Below, piece after piece: positions 1 through 13,089 of a DNA stretch of 64,000 nucleotides. The translations under genes and the position numbers were made by a program. The notes under the pieces are model-generated. The model saw only the letters and a program-made list of their open reading frames with translations, did not search any database and was not told the DNA's origin. Source of the DNA: Carcharhinus amblyrhynchos (lineage: Eukaryota); NCBI GenBank assembly GCA_965287045.1, contig OZ336876.1, forward strand, positions 50,282,001-50,346,000, written 5' to 3'. Position 1 is the first letter of the stretch. The number at the start of each line of letters is the position of its first letter.

Positions 1-130
1 CCTGGCGAAGAGGCAGTCCCCTCGAAAGCTTGTGAGTTTACTATCAAATAAATCGGTTGGACTAAAACCTGGTGTTGTCAGACTTTTTACTGTGTTTACC
101 CCAGTCCAACGCCGGCACATCCACATCGTG
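1..130 (+). mobile_element. Penelope-like element 3' end/pLTR, family A, cut off by the window start; degenerate hammerhead core
   Basis: Nearly the same sequence as 27394-27517 and 11178-11265. The core reads CTGGCGA-A-GAGG...CCTC-GAAA-GCTT-GTGA, an A6-to-G change relative to CUGANGA. Confidence 0.8.
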
Positions 131-859
131 CCTCTTTGGGGTCAGGGTCTAAACCTAAACAGGTGACACAACCTGACTACTGTTCTCTCAGCCCTCAGCT
201 GATTCTGTGTAGTCAGTGTGCTGTTGATCTGTGTATTTGAAACAATTTAGTTTCTTTGTTAAAATAGCAAAGGAAGCATTTCTTTTAAATATGTTTGTGC
301 GCAACAATTCCATTGTGCAATTTAAAGGCTTTAAAATGCTGCAACATTAACACCTGCTCCCTAAATAAAATGCATGGAATTTTGGTGGTTTAAATAGGAA
401 TCTCAGGATGTAAATTAACAGTACAAAATTATTACATTTCAGGACAATAATGGATAACTGGTACTATTCAGAAACATGTTACAGTTCATGTTGCATCAAG
501 GAATTCCAAAAGTGAGGTCCCGCAAGGAATTTAGGGTTAAAGTGATCTCCTGCATTGGCTTTGATCACCTAGATGGATCAGAAATGAATTTACCAGATAA
601 TTTTCCCCCAAACTGGCCTTTTTATCCGAGCTTTTTTTGTCTCTCCCCAGAGATTGCATGTTTTCCAGTGAGGTGGAGCGTGTATATATTGTGATACGCA
701 GCTTAGATGAGCCAGAAGGTCCTTCCTGTGTGTCACTGTTCATAGGTTTGTACCTAAGTTATACAATTTATTTCAGCTTGGGCAGACGAGGAATTATATT
801 AATTGTCTGACAATCTTGCTCAGTTTAGGGATTAAGATTAATTGAACAGAAACACAAGA

Positions 860-1330
860 GGCTACAAGAAGACAGAGAGATCAGTGAATGGGCAAGTTTA
901 GAGAGATCAGTGAATGGGTAGGTTTAGGGATCAATGAATAGGTGGGTTTAGGGATCAATGAATAGGTGGGTTTAGGGATCAATGAATGGGAAGGATTAGA
1001 GATGGCAAGTTGGATACAAGGAATGTGAAGTAGTTTCGTTAGGGAGAAAAAAGTGAAAGCATGCCCTAAAAGGTGAAGGATGGAAAAAGATCTTTCAGGG
1101 AGGAGGTGGGAGTGCAGTGCAGGTAGAAAAGCCCACTAAATAACAAGTGAGACTGGATTTTATACCCGGTACATTAAAAACAAATAATACTGGATTTCTG
1201 AGAGAGATTGGTGAGGCCACTGCTGGAGTAATGCATCTAGTTTTGGACACCAAAATTACAGGAAATACATTAAACCAAAGGTTCAGAAGAACTCATCAGA
1301 AGGATAACATAAGTGATAGAGTATAGATAT
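860..1330 (+). mobile_element. Decayed CR1-type LINE RT fragment
   Basis: Remnants resembling 'RLQED...SEW' and 'LVRPLLE.C..FW.P' (ttggtgaggccactgctggagtaatgcatctagttttggacacc), homologous to the cleaner CR1 copies at 52653-53710. Confidence 0.55.
874..990 (+). repeat. Minisatellite, 24-26 bp unit, about 5 copies, expanded inside the CR1 fragment
   Basis: agagagatcagtgaatggg(c/t)a(a/g)gttt twice, then agggatcaatgaataggtgggttt twice plus a partial copy. Confidence 0.85.
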
Positions 1331-4300
1331 CAATAAAAAGTTCAAACATTTGGCACTTTCTTCAGCACAAGAAAACTGAATATTGACTGTTTGGGACAGG
1401 GTCATTAGAGCAGTCTTTTCCTGTCCAAAGTTTACTATGAATGTAAGTACGTTTATTTCATGAATATGTTTATACAGTACTGATCTAAAACATTCATCAA
1501 AGGAGGCAACTATAGATTGCCAGCCTAAATTGGAGTCATTTATAATTCTCTGAATTCCCAACCTGCTGTTTCTCTTCTGTTTTCTCCCCAGTTCAACCTT
1601 TTATTAGTTGACCTCAACTTTACCACACTCTTAGAAAATATGGACATTTAAAAATGTCCTTATTATTTTTCCGTAATAATGAATATATTTTCATAATTAT
1701 GAGATATTTATAGGATTTGATGCATTAATCCTAATCACATTTTTGTATTTAAATCCTGCAAACTGATAAAGCAAGTTACTGAAGCAACAGACATTGCCTA
1801 CTTAGCCAAATGCTATTGATTTACTGAGTATATTCCAGTTGAGTGTCATCTTCGCTAATGTTGCTGCTAGGCAATGCTGATCAACTTAATATTTGGTTCC
1901 TAACAAAAAAGGGTACTATTTTCCAATACCAAAACTGTTTTACAGTTTGATTTAATAAATCAAAAGGTTGAGCCAACTCATAACACAAAATAGTATGGCT
2001 ATCATAAATCTGTATTTGACTATAAGATGCAGTTGGTTGAATCATTCCATAAGAGTCTGGAAGATAATCCTAGATAAATTATGCATGTTAGCTTTTACAG
2101 AAGGATGGCTACAGTTTCTACCTCACCAGATAAATAACCTGAATAAACATACACAAAACTATTCCAAGTTACTAACAACCTGGCCAACATGAGAAGAGGA
2201 AGAATCTGAAACACCTTAAAGCAGTGATCGAAACTCTTAGCAAGTCACGCAGTAGCTTCTGCATAAAGCTCAAAGCTGTTTTGAGTTTGAAATGAGTTTG
2301 ATGTTTTAGCCCTCTTGTTTTTGATCTTTTGCTCAAGTATTCTCTTTTTCTTCTCTAGATATCTTATATAGGAGATCCAAGAATCTCAAACTTAGTACAC
2401 ATGTGACTGCTGGCACAATGTAAAGCAAAGCACAATGCAAAGCAAGCTGCCCTTCCCATCATTGCGAAAACAATGATGTATTTACTGACATAATTCTGGG
2501 AAGCTATTTAGAAAGTAAATTAAATTTATATCGCATTAAGTATATATGTACAGACACTCTTTAAAGCCAACTCCAATGCACTATTAAGTGCGATTGGCAA
2601 AGTCTAACAGACAGCAAGTTTCAGATATGCAGCCTTCTGCTTTTAACTATAATATTTAGGTAATAATGTTGAGATGTCAGCCAAGTCATCTATTTGGATG
2701 CAAAGACTAATACATAAGAAGGGTCCTGCTATCTCTGGGCATATCAGTAATTTGAACTTGGCAAGAATAAATGCATTAAGTTAACTTTCAGAATAATTCA
2801 ACATTTTCATAAATGTGCAGAACAGTCCAGAAGAAGGTTGACTCAACACACATTTGGACAATAATGACAAGAGGCGAGTACTGTCAACTGCTTTTGTGAC
2901 TCTAACTATATACTGAAGATTAGCCATATGACTATGATGATTTCAAAAGGTAGCATTTTCAATCCTAAATAATAATGATACTATTAAATGTCTCTCCTAA
3001 TACATGAAATAGTGATATGTTTATGTCTGTAAAATATTATTATAACAAAATTATGCAAATAAATAATGAGATGAAAATCTTTGGAATTGTGTTTAACTCA
3101 ATTGAAACACCTTCCCAATGTGCAGTAACCTCAAATGAAAAATATTTGGATAGTATCAACTAGGTGCCTAACGGAATAATTTCACAAATTCTAATTCTGC
3201 AGTAATTATTGTTAAATTAGAGCCATATTCATAAGTAAATTGACTTGCTGGTGTCTGGAATGGATAACTTGGAAAGGACAGATAGGTTTCCTGTGTGTGC
3301 TATGTGTAACAAAGCTGTACATGTATTTTTAAAAAATTGGGTTTTGCTGCATGAAGTACAAAGAGTTGATGTTGATGTTGAGATCAACAACTCTGATGTT
3401 GATGCTTCTTTTGGGTTTAGATTAAATAAAACATTGGACATTACACTGGCCTTTCAGCACCAGCATGCTGAAAGTAGATTGGACCTAATGAGAAAAACTG
3501 GAAGGAATGAGAGAAACAAAGCTAACATCTTAATAAAAAAACTTGAATCTGGGAAAGAAAAGCTTCCTGGGGCCATATGGGACGATCTCTCAAATTCTGT
3601 GCATTGGTGCCTAGCTGAGACAGTCAGGCAACCAATAATTGGTTTGCATGGTGAAAGAAGAGCTAAATGTAAAACAGTCGCTAGGAAGGATTGTTAAAAA
3701 AAACTTGGGAGCAGTTATAGAAAATAAAGGCAGCCAATCAATTCATACTCTTATAAGAATGTTGACATTCCATTAGTACATCCCTACCAGCAACCAGAGG
3801 ACTCACTGCATTTGAAAATCATGGGACATTTAACAACAGGATCTGTGCTTACCATTGTTTGCTTGCGTTTTCTCCCTGGCCTGCCTCGTCTTTTCTCCTT
3901 GTTTCTATTTTTCTCTGGCTGCTCATCATTCTGTATCATAAAAACAAGGTACAGACAACCATATGATTTTTTTTAATAAACAAGGATGTAGCAGGTTATT
4001 AGAATGATCAGCAGGGCAAAAATCTTTTATTTGCCATTTTTATTACTTACTGTAATGGACAGTTTAGTTTATCTTTGATTAAACTCTTTTGGCAATTTGT
4101 TGATTCTAACAAAATTTCTTCCACAATATGAACATTTTTCCATCAAGGTTGATTTGTGAGCATTCATCACTGAAGTGATATTGTAAACTGTTGGTATATC
4201 TCTCCTACACAAAGTGTATTATATTGTATCCAATAAATAAAAGACAATTTGAGAGAGAATTTAAAGGGCAAGTGGACACCTAGAAGGAATAAAGAATTGG

Positions 4301-4369
4301 AAACCGGGGTGGGTGAAGGATACTATGACGTCTATGTCTTTACAATTTTTTGAAGATAGGGAGAGGGGT

Positions 4370-5150
4370 AGCAATGAAAAATGGTTTCGAAAGAGAGTTC
4401 CAAAGGGTAGTGGTAGTGGAAAATTAAGCAATAAGCAGCAGACAAGAATTTGAAGAATAAACGAGGCTGGTTGGCAAATATGACTGGAAAATATTACACA
4501 GCTAGAAAAGGAGCTTAAAGTTAATCAGCCAGGAAACACCGATTCAGTACAGTTAATCTGAGGGTACCTGCATCTTTGTATTGAGAACATCCGTCCAAAG
4601 AATGAAGCTAAAAGTCAGTGTGTAGTGCACCTAAGAACTAAGTCTTCAAGACGATGATGATGTGGAGTAAGCGTTCATCAGTGGGGGTACTGTGTTATAG
4701 ACATATGTGAAACAAAGACATCATGGTGATGGTGATGGTCAAACATGGAATTAAAAAGTTCCACTCATCATTAAAGAGAAACCCAATGTTGCGTACCACT
4801 GGATTTCGTTTTTAGGGAATAAGCAGAGTTGATAAGTTACCAAAGAAATTTAAACAGGTTTCAGTTTTTTCAACACTGAGCTGCTGGAAGATAATCCTGA
4901 TCCAGGACTTGATATCAGACAGATAGTTTAACAATGCACTCAGTGTACGAAATCAATGGTTCTGCTGGATATTTGGATGGTGTCAGCTGTAGCTACGTCC
5001 ATGTTTTGCCAACCAAAAATGAGAGAGACAAAAGATGGAAGCTTAAGGCACACAAAAAATGATTGCACATATAAGGCAAGAGAAACCCTTTGAAGAGATG
5101 TACTGATTGGGTTGGTACGGATATGGGGACAGCATGGTGACTAGGAGGTG
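4370..5150 (-). mobile_element. Highly decayed L2-like LINE
   Basis: Motifs such as agagagttccaaagggtag and atccaggacttgatatcagacagatagtttaaca parallel the better preserved minus-strand L2 at 25100-25990. Confidence 0.4.
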
Positions 5151-5203
5151 GACTATGACTGTGCCACCATGCTGCCCTTAAATCCCAGGAAAATGGGATT
5201 TAA

Positions 5204-5530
5204 GGGCAGCATGGTGGCACAGTGGTTGGCACTATTGCCTCATATGCCAGTGACCCAGGTTCAATTCTGGCCTCGGGTCACTGTTTGTGTGGAGTTCGCA
5301 CATTCTCCCATGTCTGCGTGGGTTTCCTCCAGGTGTTCCGGCTTACTTCCACAGTCCAAAACAAATGTGTGGGTTAGGTTGATGGCCATGCTAAATTAGT
5401 GTCAAGGGAAACTAGCAGGGTAAATAAGTGGGATTATGGGAATAGGGTGGATTGTTATCGGTGCAGACTTGATGAGCCAAATGGCCTCCTTCAGCACTGT
5501 AGGGATTCTGGTGATTTTTCTGTGATTCTG
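5204..5530 (+). mobile_element. HE1-type V-SINE (tRNA head, V domain, CR1/HER1-like tail)
   Basis: A box tggcacagtgg, B box ggttcaattc, V-domain tgtgtggagttcgcacattctccc...gggtttcctcc, and tail aaatggcctccttcagcactgtagggattct. Confidence 0.85.
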
Positions 5531-5962
5531 TGGAATCTGTCAACGTGTTGGTTGGGTGGAGAGGCCAACAGGAATACAGTGAAGTGGAGATAGTCCTACT
5601 GACTTTTGAGTGGAACTGTCTTGACACCATGTGTTTGTTGGAAACCAAATTAGAAAGACTCAAACAGGGGTTGGTGGAAGAGGTGTCATACTTTGGTGGC
5701 ACCTGTTTAAGAGATGATAGTTTTAAGAACCTGCAATTTTAAACATCATTCCAATATTAAATATTCCAAACTGGTTCAAGAATTCAGCTTTCAAAATCTT
5801 GAAGTAAAAAGTTGATTTCATTCAGGTGAAACATATTGTAGCTTAATAAGTAGATTTTTCTCAGTTACAAAGTGTATTGGGCTTCCCTGTTGCTCTTTGT
5901 AGATAGCATTACATTTATATATACTAAATCTTCTATGCTTTTAAAGAATAGGAATAAGTGTA

Positions 5963-6022
5963 AAATTTATTTATTGATATCACAAGTAGGCTTACATTAA
6001 CACTGCAATGAAGTTACTGTGA
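5963..6022 (-). mobile_element. Isolated 3' tail of the alternative-tail V-SINE
   Basis: tttatttattgatatcacaagtaggcttacattaacactgcaatgaagttactgtgaa matches 42601-42662 and the reverse complement of 22652-22722. Confidence 0.7.
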
Positions 6023-6399
6023 ATTATTTCTCATACTGCTTTCCCCCTGTTAGAAACACAGTTCAGGCTAGCACCAAACTTTGGGCAGAGTTCTAACTCT
6101 TCTCTCCTGGCAGACTCTCAGTGGAAGGGCAGTTAAAAAGAAATATGAAGTACACCAGCTGGCTTCTCACTCTGATCTGGTGAATGGAAATTTTAAACTG
6201 CAAACACCAAGGCTATCTGCCTGAAGCCAGCTTCCTTTTTCAAATATGCTGATTAAGCTTGAAGATATCACTCTAAGATATCTCCTTGAATCAATTGCAA
6301 GCTACATGATGGCTACCCACAAGGCAAACTTTGTAGGTAACAGATTCTGGACCAGAAGAGGCCGACTGCGACAATACCAAGCCTTCAAGAAATGTATTT

Positions 6400-7490
6400 T
6401 ACTCATGTTTCTGTGCTGAATACATTTACTAGTCCCTTCCATTTTATCTGAGCCATTTTGTCTGGATCCAGAAGCATGGTATTGTTACTGCAGCAACATA
6501 ATTGATCTTAATTACTCCAATGTTTGTTTAATCTGCACTAATGCAGTGTTCTGTTGATTTGTTTTTTTCCTAGGATATTGCAGAGTAGTGCTCCATTAAG
6601 TTGACAAGTAAGATCATATGACTGGTACAGGTAGGCCTACACAAAGAACTCAAGGTCAGTCTGCTTTATGGGAGAAGAAGAAGTGGCCTCTCTTTTTCCC
6701 TCACTGAGGTCTGGAGACTGGAATCTTCCAAAAAATAAACCTTTTTGGGGGTGAAACTTTCTCTGGAGGTTGCTGCATGAGAATTAGAAGACAAATGTCC
6801 AACTAGATCACTGTCCAGATTGTCAAAAGGCTGGAAATGCACTACCTATGTAAACATCTTCTGTTTCTGTGCTAAGTGGTCCTAAAGCAGGGTTTTATGT
6901 CTATAGGGGCTACTGCTAAATTGAAACAGTAGAGATAGCTAGCTGTTAAAAATTATACTTTGTCATGTTTAAGTATTTAAATTGGAAAAAGTTACAGTAA
7001 TTCTTTTCATTATATTCTAATTCTGTACTTCAATAAAGTTTGTTTTAATAAAAGCCTCCTAATGGGTCACTTGAACCAGGGTGGAAGAGTCAATTATTAG
7101 GGGGCATAGGTTTAAGGAGCGAGGGGCAAGGTTTAAAGGAGATGTACGAGGCAAGTTTTTTTTTACACAGAAGGTGATGGGTGCCTGGAACTTGCTGCCA
7201 AGGGAAGTAGTGGAAGCAGATACGATAGTGAGTTTTAAGGGGCGTCCAGACAAATACATGAATAGGATGGGAAGAGAGGGATATAGGCCCTGGAAGGGTA
7301 GGGGGTTTTAGTTCAGTCAGGCAGCATAGTCTTGGAGGGCTGTAGGGCCTGCTCCTGCGCTGTAATTTTCTTTGTTCTATTCTTGGAGTGAAATGCCTTA
7401 TGCTCACCCTAAAGCCAAAATCAAAACGTAAAATTTAGGGACTGGACTAACTTCATAAAATACATTGGACCTTCTGATTTGGTCCTTACA
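6400..7490 (+). mobile_element. Probable solo LTR, interrupted by a CR1 3' end; 5' boundary uncertain
   Basis: LTR-like composition, AATAAA signals at ~7032 and ~7047, and a terminus tttggtccttaCA at 7490. The sequence resumes after the CR1 insertion. Confidence 0.4.
7078..7380 (+). mobile_element. 5'-truncated CR1/HER1 LINE 3' end
   Basis: The ORF reads 'RGHRFKERGARFKGDVRGKFFFTQKVMGAWNLLPREVVEA', the typical CR1 ORF2 C-terminus. The 3' UTR ends ttttctttgttct. Very similar to 30700-31004. Confidence 0.9.
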
Positions 7491-10400
7491 CCAGGATGGT
7501 GAAGTTGTTTTTAAATTTTTGTTGTTTCCTTGCACCCCAGGTGAAGCAGGATTGCTCCTCTGGGCCCTACAAGGAAAATGTGGGCCTCCCCTGCAATGCT
7601 CCCATTTCTTAATTTTGATCCCCTCCTGACCACTTACCTTCATACCAGGAACCATTTCCTCTGGTTCCCAACAGCAGTTTCCTACTGCCTGATATTAACG
7701 GCCGAGTAGCCGCTTCTCATCTGCTTTGTTTTGGGAAGTTGGCTCACAGCAGGTCAATGAGACCTGGCCATTAAAACTGCCTGAGCCTCCCCACTGATCC
7801 TCCCAGACACGCCAATCACTGGCTAGGCTGCAGGAGTTAAAAAGCGGCCCCATTATCTTTCACAATTGGACAGAATATAAATCCATGCCTTCTACTGAAC
7901 TTTGAACTGCTGATAGGGAAATGGTCATTTTCAGTTGGATGGATAAACTGTGGCTGCTTTGATGGCTTGTAAACAACCAATGCTTGTGGCAGCTTTATCA
8001 AAGTGAACATTTTTCGATTATTCTCCATTACCATTTACCACTTTGTACAATGTAATTAAATTTTGTTTGTGGTGTTGATTAAACTTTGTGCATATCTTTA
8101 AAAGTATAACTCTTCAAAAGGTGATTAATGGAAAGTAGCAATGAAAGAAACCCAGCATTTCTAGTCAATCGTTGTACGTGCACACGAACAAATTACAACC
8201 TGAAAAAGATTTGTAATTATATGGCACCCAATCACTCAGAAGCATTTCACAATAATTATTTTCCAAGACAATCATAGTTGCTATGTGGGCAAACTGGTTC
8301 TAGATTAGATGAAATTACTTTAATATAGTCCTTGAAAGGACCAACTGTTATCTATCACTTCCATTCCACAATATCTTAATAAAACTACATCTATTTTACA
8401 TTTCACACATGTTTCTGATGGCTTATCATTCATTAAATACTGTTTTTTTAATAAACATGCTGTTAGGCTTCGTTTCATATTTGTTTGCTAAGGAGTTTCT
8501 TCAAATCTTAAAAAAAATTAACAATTTCCTATAAATGACAGCAAGACAACAGTAATTAGCTATGTAAAGTCACACAAGTAGAATATAATTGCATGACAGC
8601 CTGAAAGTTCACAAATCTAGCAATAATAAATAAATGCATTGTGCATGGACATACTTCTGCCTACATTTTGGAAGGGGGCCATTGCGGTAACGAGATACAC
8701 TGTCCCGCAGATTCCTCAGGCAGAGATCAGTGGAGGCCCCACTAGAGGCCTCAGGAAGACTGGAGACCCATTGTATTTGATTTTTGCCATATTTGTTTGG
8801 ACTGCCTTATAAAAGGGACAAAATCTTTGTCTGCCCCTTACATAGCAATGGTCACGAAAAGGCATGGCATGGTCTCCCTAAGCTAGTTGTTCACATTCCT
8901 TTGTCTCAGACAGGATCTTGACTTATAATGTTCACAATATGCTGAGAGAGTGGATATCCATGAGTGGGATCTGATTTTTTTTAAAACAATCATCAATAAG
9001 CCCAATTGTGCAAAGAATCAGTATGACCGTGACTGGAATTGGAGAATCATGGCATAGGGTTCAAGCAGGTATGGGCAGATAGGTATTATTGAGGTATCCA
9101 AAGTGTTTGACTGATCTCCCACTAACCCTGCAAGGTCTGGTGGGGCTGGAGGATACCACAGGGCACAATCCAGTTGTAACTACAGGCATAATGATGAATG
9201 ATCATAATGAATGACAGAGCAGGCTTTAGGGGCCAAATGGCCTACTCTTCTCCTATTTTCTTTGTTTCAACAATGGTCTGAAAAATTTCACGGTCAATAA
9301 AAATTTTCTACAATTAAAGAAATACAAGGTTACAACACCATCAGACATTGACATTACTCTCTGACAGTTCCACAAAGGTACATAATGGTTACATTTTGCA
9401 TGCTTATCAAAAACCCTTTACTGCACACAATGAGAAAAGGCCACATTTAATAACATATGGAAATTAATATTTGACCAAATATTACAACCAAAGAAAACAT
9501 GAACAAAAAAATTATATCAGAGAGCATTTTTGCAAAACTTTTGCAATGATTACATGCTTATTAGTTTGATAAATTCCAATTAACTACATTGAATACATTG
9601 CTACTTCAAGGTGTTAAACAAATCCTTTAGCAATGGGTTCACTGTAATGTCCTTTAAAGAAACCCTAGCAACAAGGCTGAAAATTTACATGTCTTCCCAC
9701 AATTCCAAAGAAAGGAACCTCTGTGTTGAGAGAGATTTTCAAAGCATGAGTGAAATACAATTCGTTTTGAAGTGTTAAATGACATCAATACATTTTGCAC
9801 GTGTTCAACTCTCACAGCCAAATAGATCAATGGTGAATTTATTCCGTGTTGAAGTTTTTTTTGTCAATAGGGAGTGGGAAAAATTCTGCATTTATCACAT
9901 CAGGCCTCAGATGCTGATTCAGATGGTGCCTAACTTTGACCTGAAACATCATCTCCTTTACCACAGTGTAGTTGCACATAACCTGCAGTATTGAACAACA
10001 GAATGCTGCAAATTCAATGTGCAATAATTTGCATTTTTTTGCTGCTACATTTCACTGAGGTCAATAACGTTTGGATTCAATCCTTGCATGCATTATTAGT
10101 GTGTGTGCAAATAGCTTGGGCAGACGAAAGATCATCTTTACTCCAAATTTCACAGTGTTGAAGTATGACATTTGCACAGCTTTTGTGTAGTTTGACACTT
10201 AGTTCAGACCTTCCTCAGAATGGAATGCAAACACCCAGCTATTTGGCTGAAAGTATTCATTTTCTGGCATTGTGCGTTCAGGGAGAAGTCTTACTAGCAA
10301 TTAGAAATTTTGTCTCATGGTACTCGATTTTCCAACCTTTTGGAGGAATAACTGAAAAATCAAGAGCGGTGTGCACTGGCATTTTGTATTGTCATATTGG

Positions 10401-11052
10401 TATTCAAAGCTCCTTATCGTTACTGAAAAGTCTGAAAATTAATTCTAAAATACAATGGCCGTAAGTCAAATGAAGTCATTCTTTTCATTTAACCATTATA
10501 CACTAGGTATTCAGTTCCACAGTTCCCTGAATGTGGCAACACAAGTAGACATGGTGGTCAAGAAGAGATATGGATTGCTTGCCTTCATCATTCAGGGCAC
10601 AGATGTAAAAATTAGCAAATCATGTGCAACTGTATAGAACTTTAGTTAGGCCAAATTTGGAATACTGCATACAGTTCTGATCACCACACTATCATAAGGG
10701 TGTTTAGACTTTGGAGGGAGTACAGAAAAGGTTTGGAAGGTGTTAGCTATGAGGAGAAGTTGGACAAACTTTGCTTGTATTCACTTGAAGATCAGAGGCT
10801 GAGGGCGGCCTGATAAAATTTACAAAATCATCAGAGGCATGGATAGAATGAATATTCGGAGTCTTTCTCCCAGGGTAGAAGTATCAATTACAAGGGAACA
10901 TAGGTTTAAGGAGGAAGTTTAAAGGAGATGTGTGAGGCAAGTTTTTTTTAAACTGAGTGTGCGGTAAGTGCCTGGAATGCGCTGTCAAAGGAGGTGGTAG
11001 AAGCAAATACAATGGCAATGTTTAACAGGCATCTTGACAGATAAATGAATAG

Positions 11053-11265
11053 CAGTCATGATGTGGATATACCGGCGTTGGACTGGGGTAAACACAGTAA
11101 AAAGTCTGACAACACCAGGTTTAAGTCCAACCGATTTATTTGATAGTACACTCACTAGATTTCGGGTTAGTTATTCACCTGACGAAGGGACTAACCCGAA
11201 AGCTAGTGAGTGTACTATCAAATAAATCGGTTGGACTTAAACCTGGTGTTGTCAGACTTTTTACT
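11053..11265. mobile_element. Short fold-back Penelope-like insertion (family A) with 14-bp TSD
   Basis: TSD AGATAAATGAATAG at 11039-11052 and 11266-11279. Inverted arms 11096-11171 and 11190-11265 (76 bp, 1 mismatch at 11159) with an 18-nt spacer. Confidence 0.9.
11173..11211 (+). ncRNA. Minimal type I hammerhead ribozyme motif (PLE type)
   Basis: Stem I ATTCAC/GTGAGT, core CTGACGA at 11179-11185 plus an extra A, stem II GGG-ACTAA-CCC, GAAA, palindromic stem III AGCT. Predicted cleavage after CUA (11205). Confidence 0.75.
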
Positions 11266-12351
11266 AGATAAATGAATAGGCAGGGATAGGGGGATGTGGA
11301 CTGTGTGGAAGCAAAAGGTCTTTAGTTTTTCAAGACATCATGTGTTGGTGCAGGCTTGGTAGACAGAAGGACCTGTTCCTGTGCATTCTGTTCTTTGTTC
11401 AACCAAAATGAGTATAATTCACCTGTGGCATTCAGCTGCTAAAAATACACACACTTTCTCTGCAGCTCAATGTGCACTGTCTGAATACACAAGGTATACA
11501 AGGTAAACTCTCTTAAACAAGTGGGTTTTGACTTTAGTAATCACTACATGACAATCAAGTTGCCCAGTATTCATAAGATTGTTGCTTTGTTAGTTGACAT
11601 AAAATTGAAGCCAGCATTGGAGGTAACCCAAATAGATCTGGATATGAGTGTGAATGAAGTCAAATCAACTCTTCAAAATAAATCCTCAATCTTATAACCA
11701 AAACAATCATTCTCAAAGTTCTTCTGTTCTGACAGATTTTGGTGGCTTTAAATTGGTTTACAGGTTCAGAAAAAGATGATGCAACAAGAATCATTTTGTA
11801 CAAATATGTTGTGTTTTTTCAGTAACATCAGCTACGTTAGAACCACACAATTGTCTTTAGAGAAAATACTTCAAGATGGATCTGAAAGAATCCATTGTTA
11901 TATAGGTTTATTTTCACACTGTTCATTTATTTGCACTTATTTATTTATTCTGAGACCAGAAGACACTTTTTAAACAATAAACTTGTTGTTGCTACAGTGG
12001 ACCACTATGATAACAAAGAAAAAAAAATGGATTTTCTGGGTTGCGGAAGCCCAAAGCACGAGAGCTTGTGAAAAAAAATGAACAGCTTGCTGAGTCTGGA
12101 GCATTCTGAAATGTCACTATTAGGTGCTGCAATATACTGCACATGTGTTTAAATGCAGTGATTCATCCTCAGGAACTGTCCTTTAATGGTAAATTGATCC
12201 TTACACTAACTAGGAAGTTGTGTTTGGTCAGATGCTTTCCCAATGGAGAAAGTTCCATAACACAATGAAAATTATTACAAAAGGTCCTGTCAACATGTGC
12301 TGCTATCTTTTGTGTTGTGATTTTTAAAAAAAAATCAGATTTGAAAAACAA

Positions 12352-12480
12352 TTATGGGGAGAGGGCGGGAATGTGGAACTGAGCTACGACAGATCAGCCA
12401 TGATCTTATTGAATGGCGGGGCAGGCTCAAAGGGCTAGATGGCCTACTCCTGCTCCTATTTCTTATGTTCTTATGTTCTT
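12352..12480 (+). mobile_element. CR1 LINE 3' UTR tail
   Basis: gatcagccatgatcttattgaatggcggggcaggctcaaagggctagatggcctactcctgctcctatttcttatgttcttatgttctt, ending in the 8-bp terminal microsatellite. Confidence 0.85.
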
Positions 12481-13089
12481 AAAACTCTACACTTGAAAAA
12501 TCTAACCACCTGGTCTGTTACATTCATAGACAGTCTCTCTTTTTCATTAATATGGTGCACATTGCGGGGTGGCTATGGAGGTTATATAGGCAGCAGAAAG
12601 GTGTCATAGGATGATATCATTGATCTGAGGGAGCATGGAGAATGTATGGGAGGCATGAGTGATCTAAGGGAGCATGAGCTGGCATCAGGGATGGGTGGAA
12701 GCACGTGTGAAAGTTAAGCAGCCTTTAAAAATTTTTGGGAACTGGGATCCCGTGATGGCAGAGGCAGGACTTCTAACCAACCTGCCTCCACACCCACACT
12801 CCCCATGCGCTCCAGCAAACCGCAGACTAAACCTAACTTCAGTGTGAAAAGACAAAACTGGCGCAATCAAACACGGGTCAGATGTGTAGCTTGTATGCTG
12901 CAAAAGTGAGCAGGTCAAGTTTTCAAGCCCAGAAGGAGATTCAGCCCTAGGCATTCCCAATGCACAGAAAGACCAGAGGAGAATGCTGCAGAGTTGGGAA
13001 CGTGGAGGCAATCCTGAAAAATTGTGGCTAGTCAAGAATTGAAATGCATTTCCAATCCCAAATAAACAACCTTGGCCCCTAAAATTAGT

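Larger units (their letters stand above)
10505..11400 (+). mobile_element. CR1/HER1 LINE 3' fragment interrupted by a PLE insertion at 11053-11265
   Basis: 'SLNVATQVDMVVKKRYGLLAFI' followed by LVRP/LEYC-like motifs. The 3' UTR ends cattctgttctttgttc. Confidence 0.85.

Noticed and set aside
874-990. Possible CRISPR-like array (also considered at 59706-59852)
   Set aside because: Units are contiguous with no unique spacers, the context is eukaryotic, and there are no cas genes.
3245-3697. 150-aa ORF
   Set aside because: TTG start, no recognisable domain or splice structure. Likely chance or decayed transposon sequence.
5204-5280. tRNA gene (also at 22410, 42995, 49015, 51119)
   Set aside because: The A and B boxes belong to SINE heads that continue into SINE bodies. 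No complete cloverleaf.
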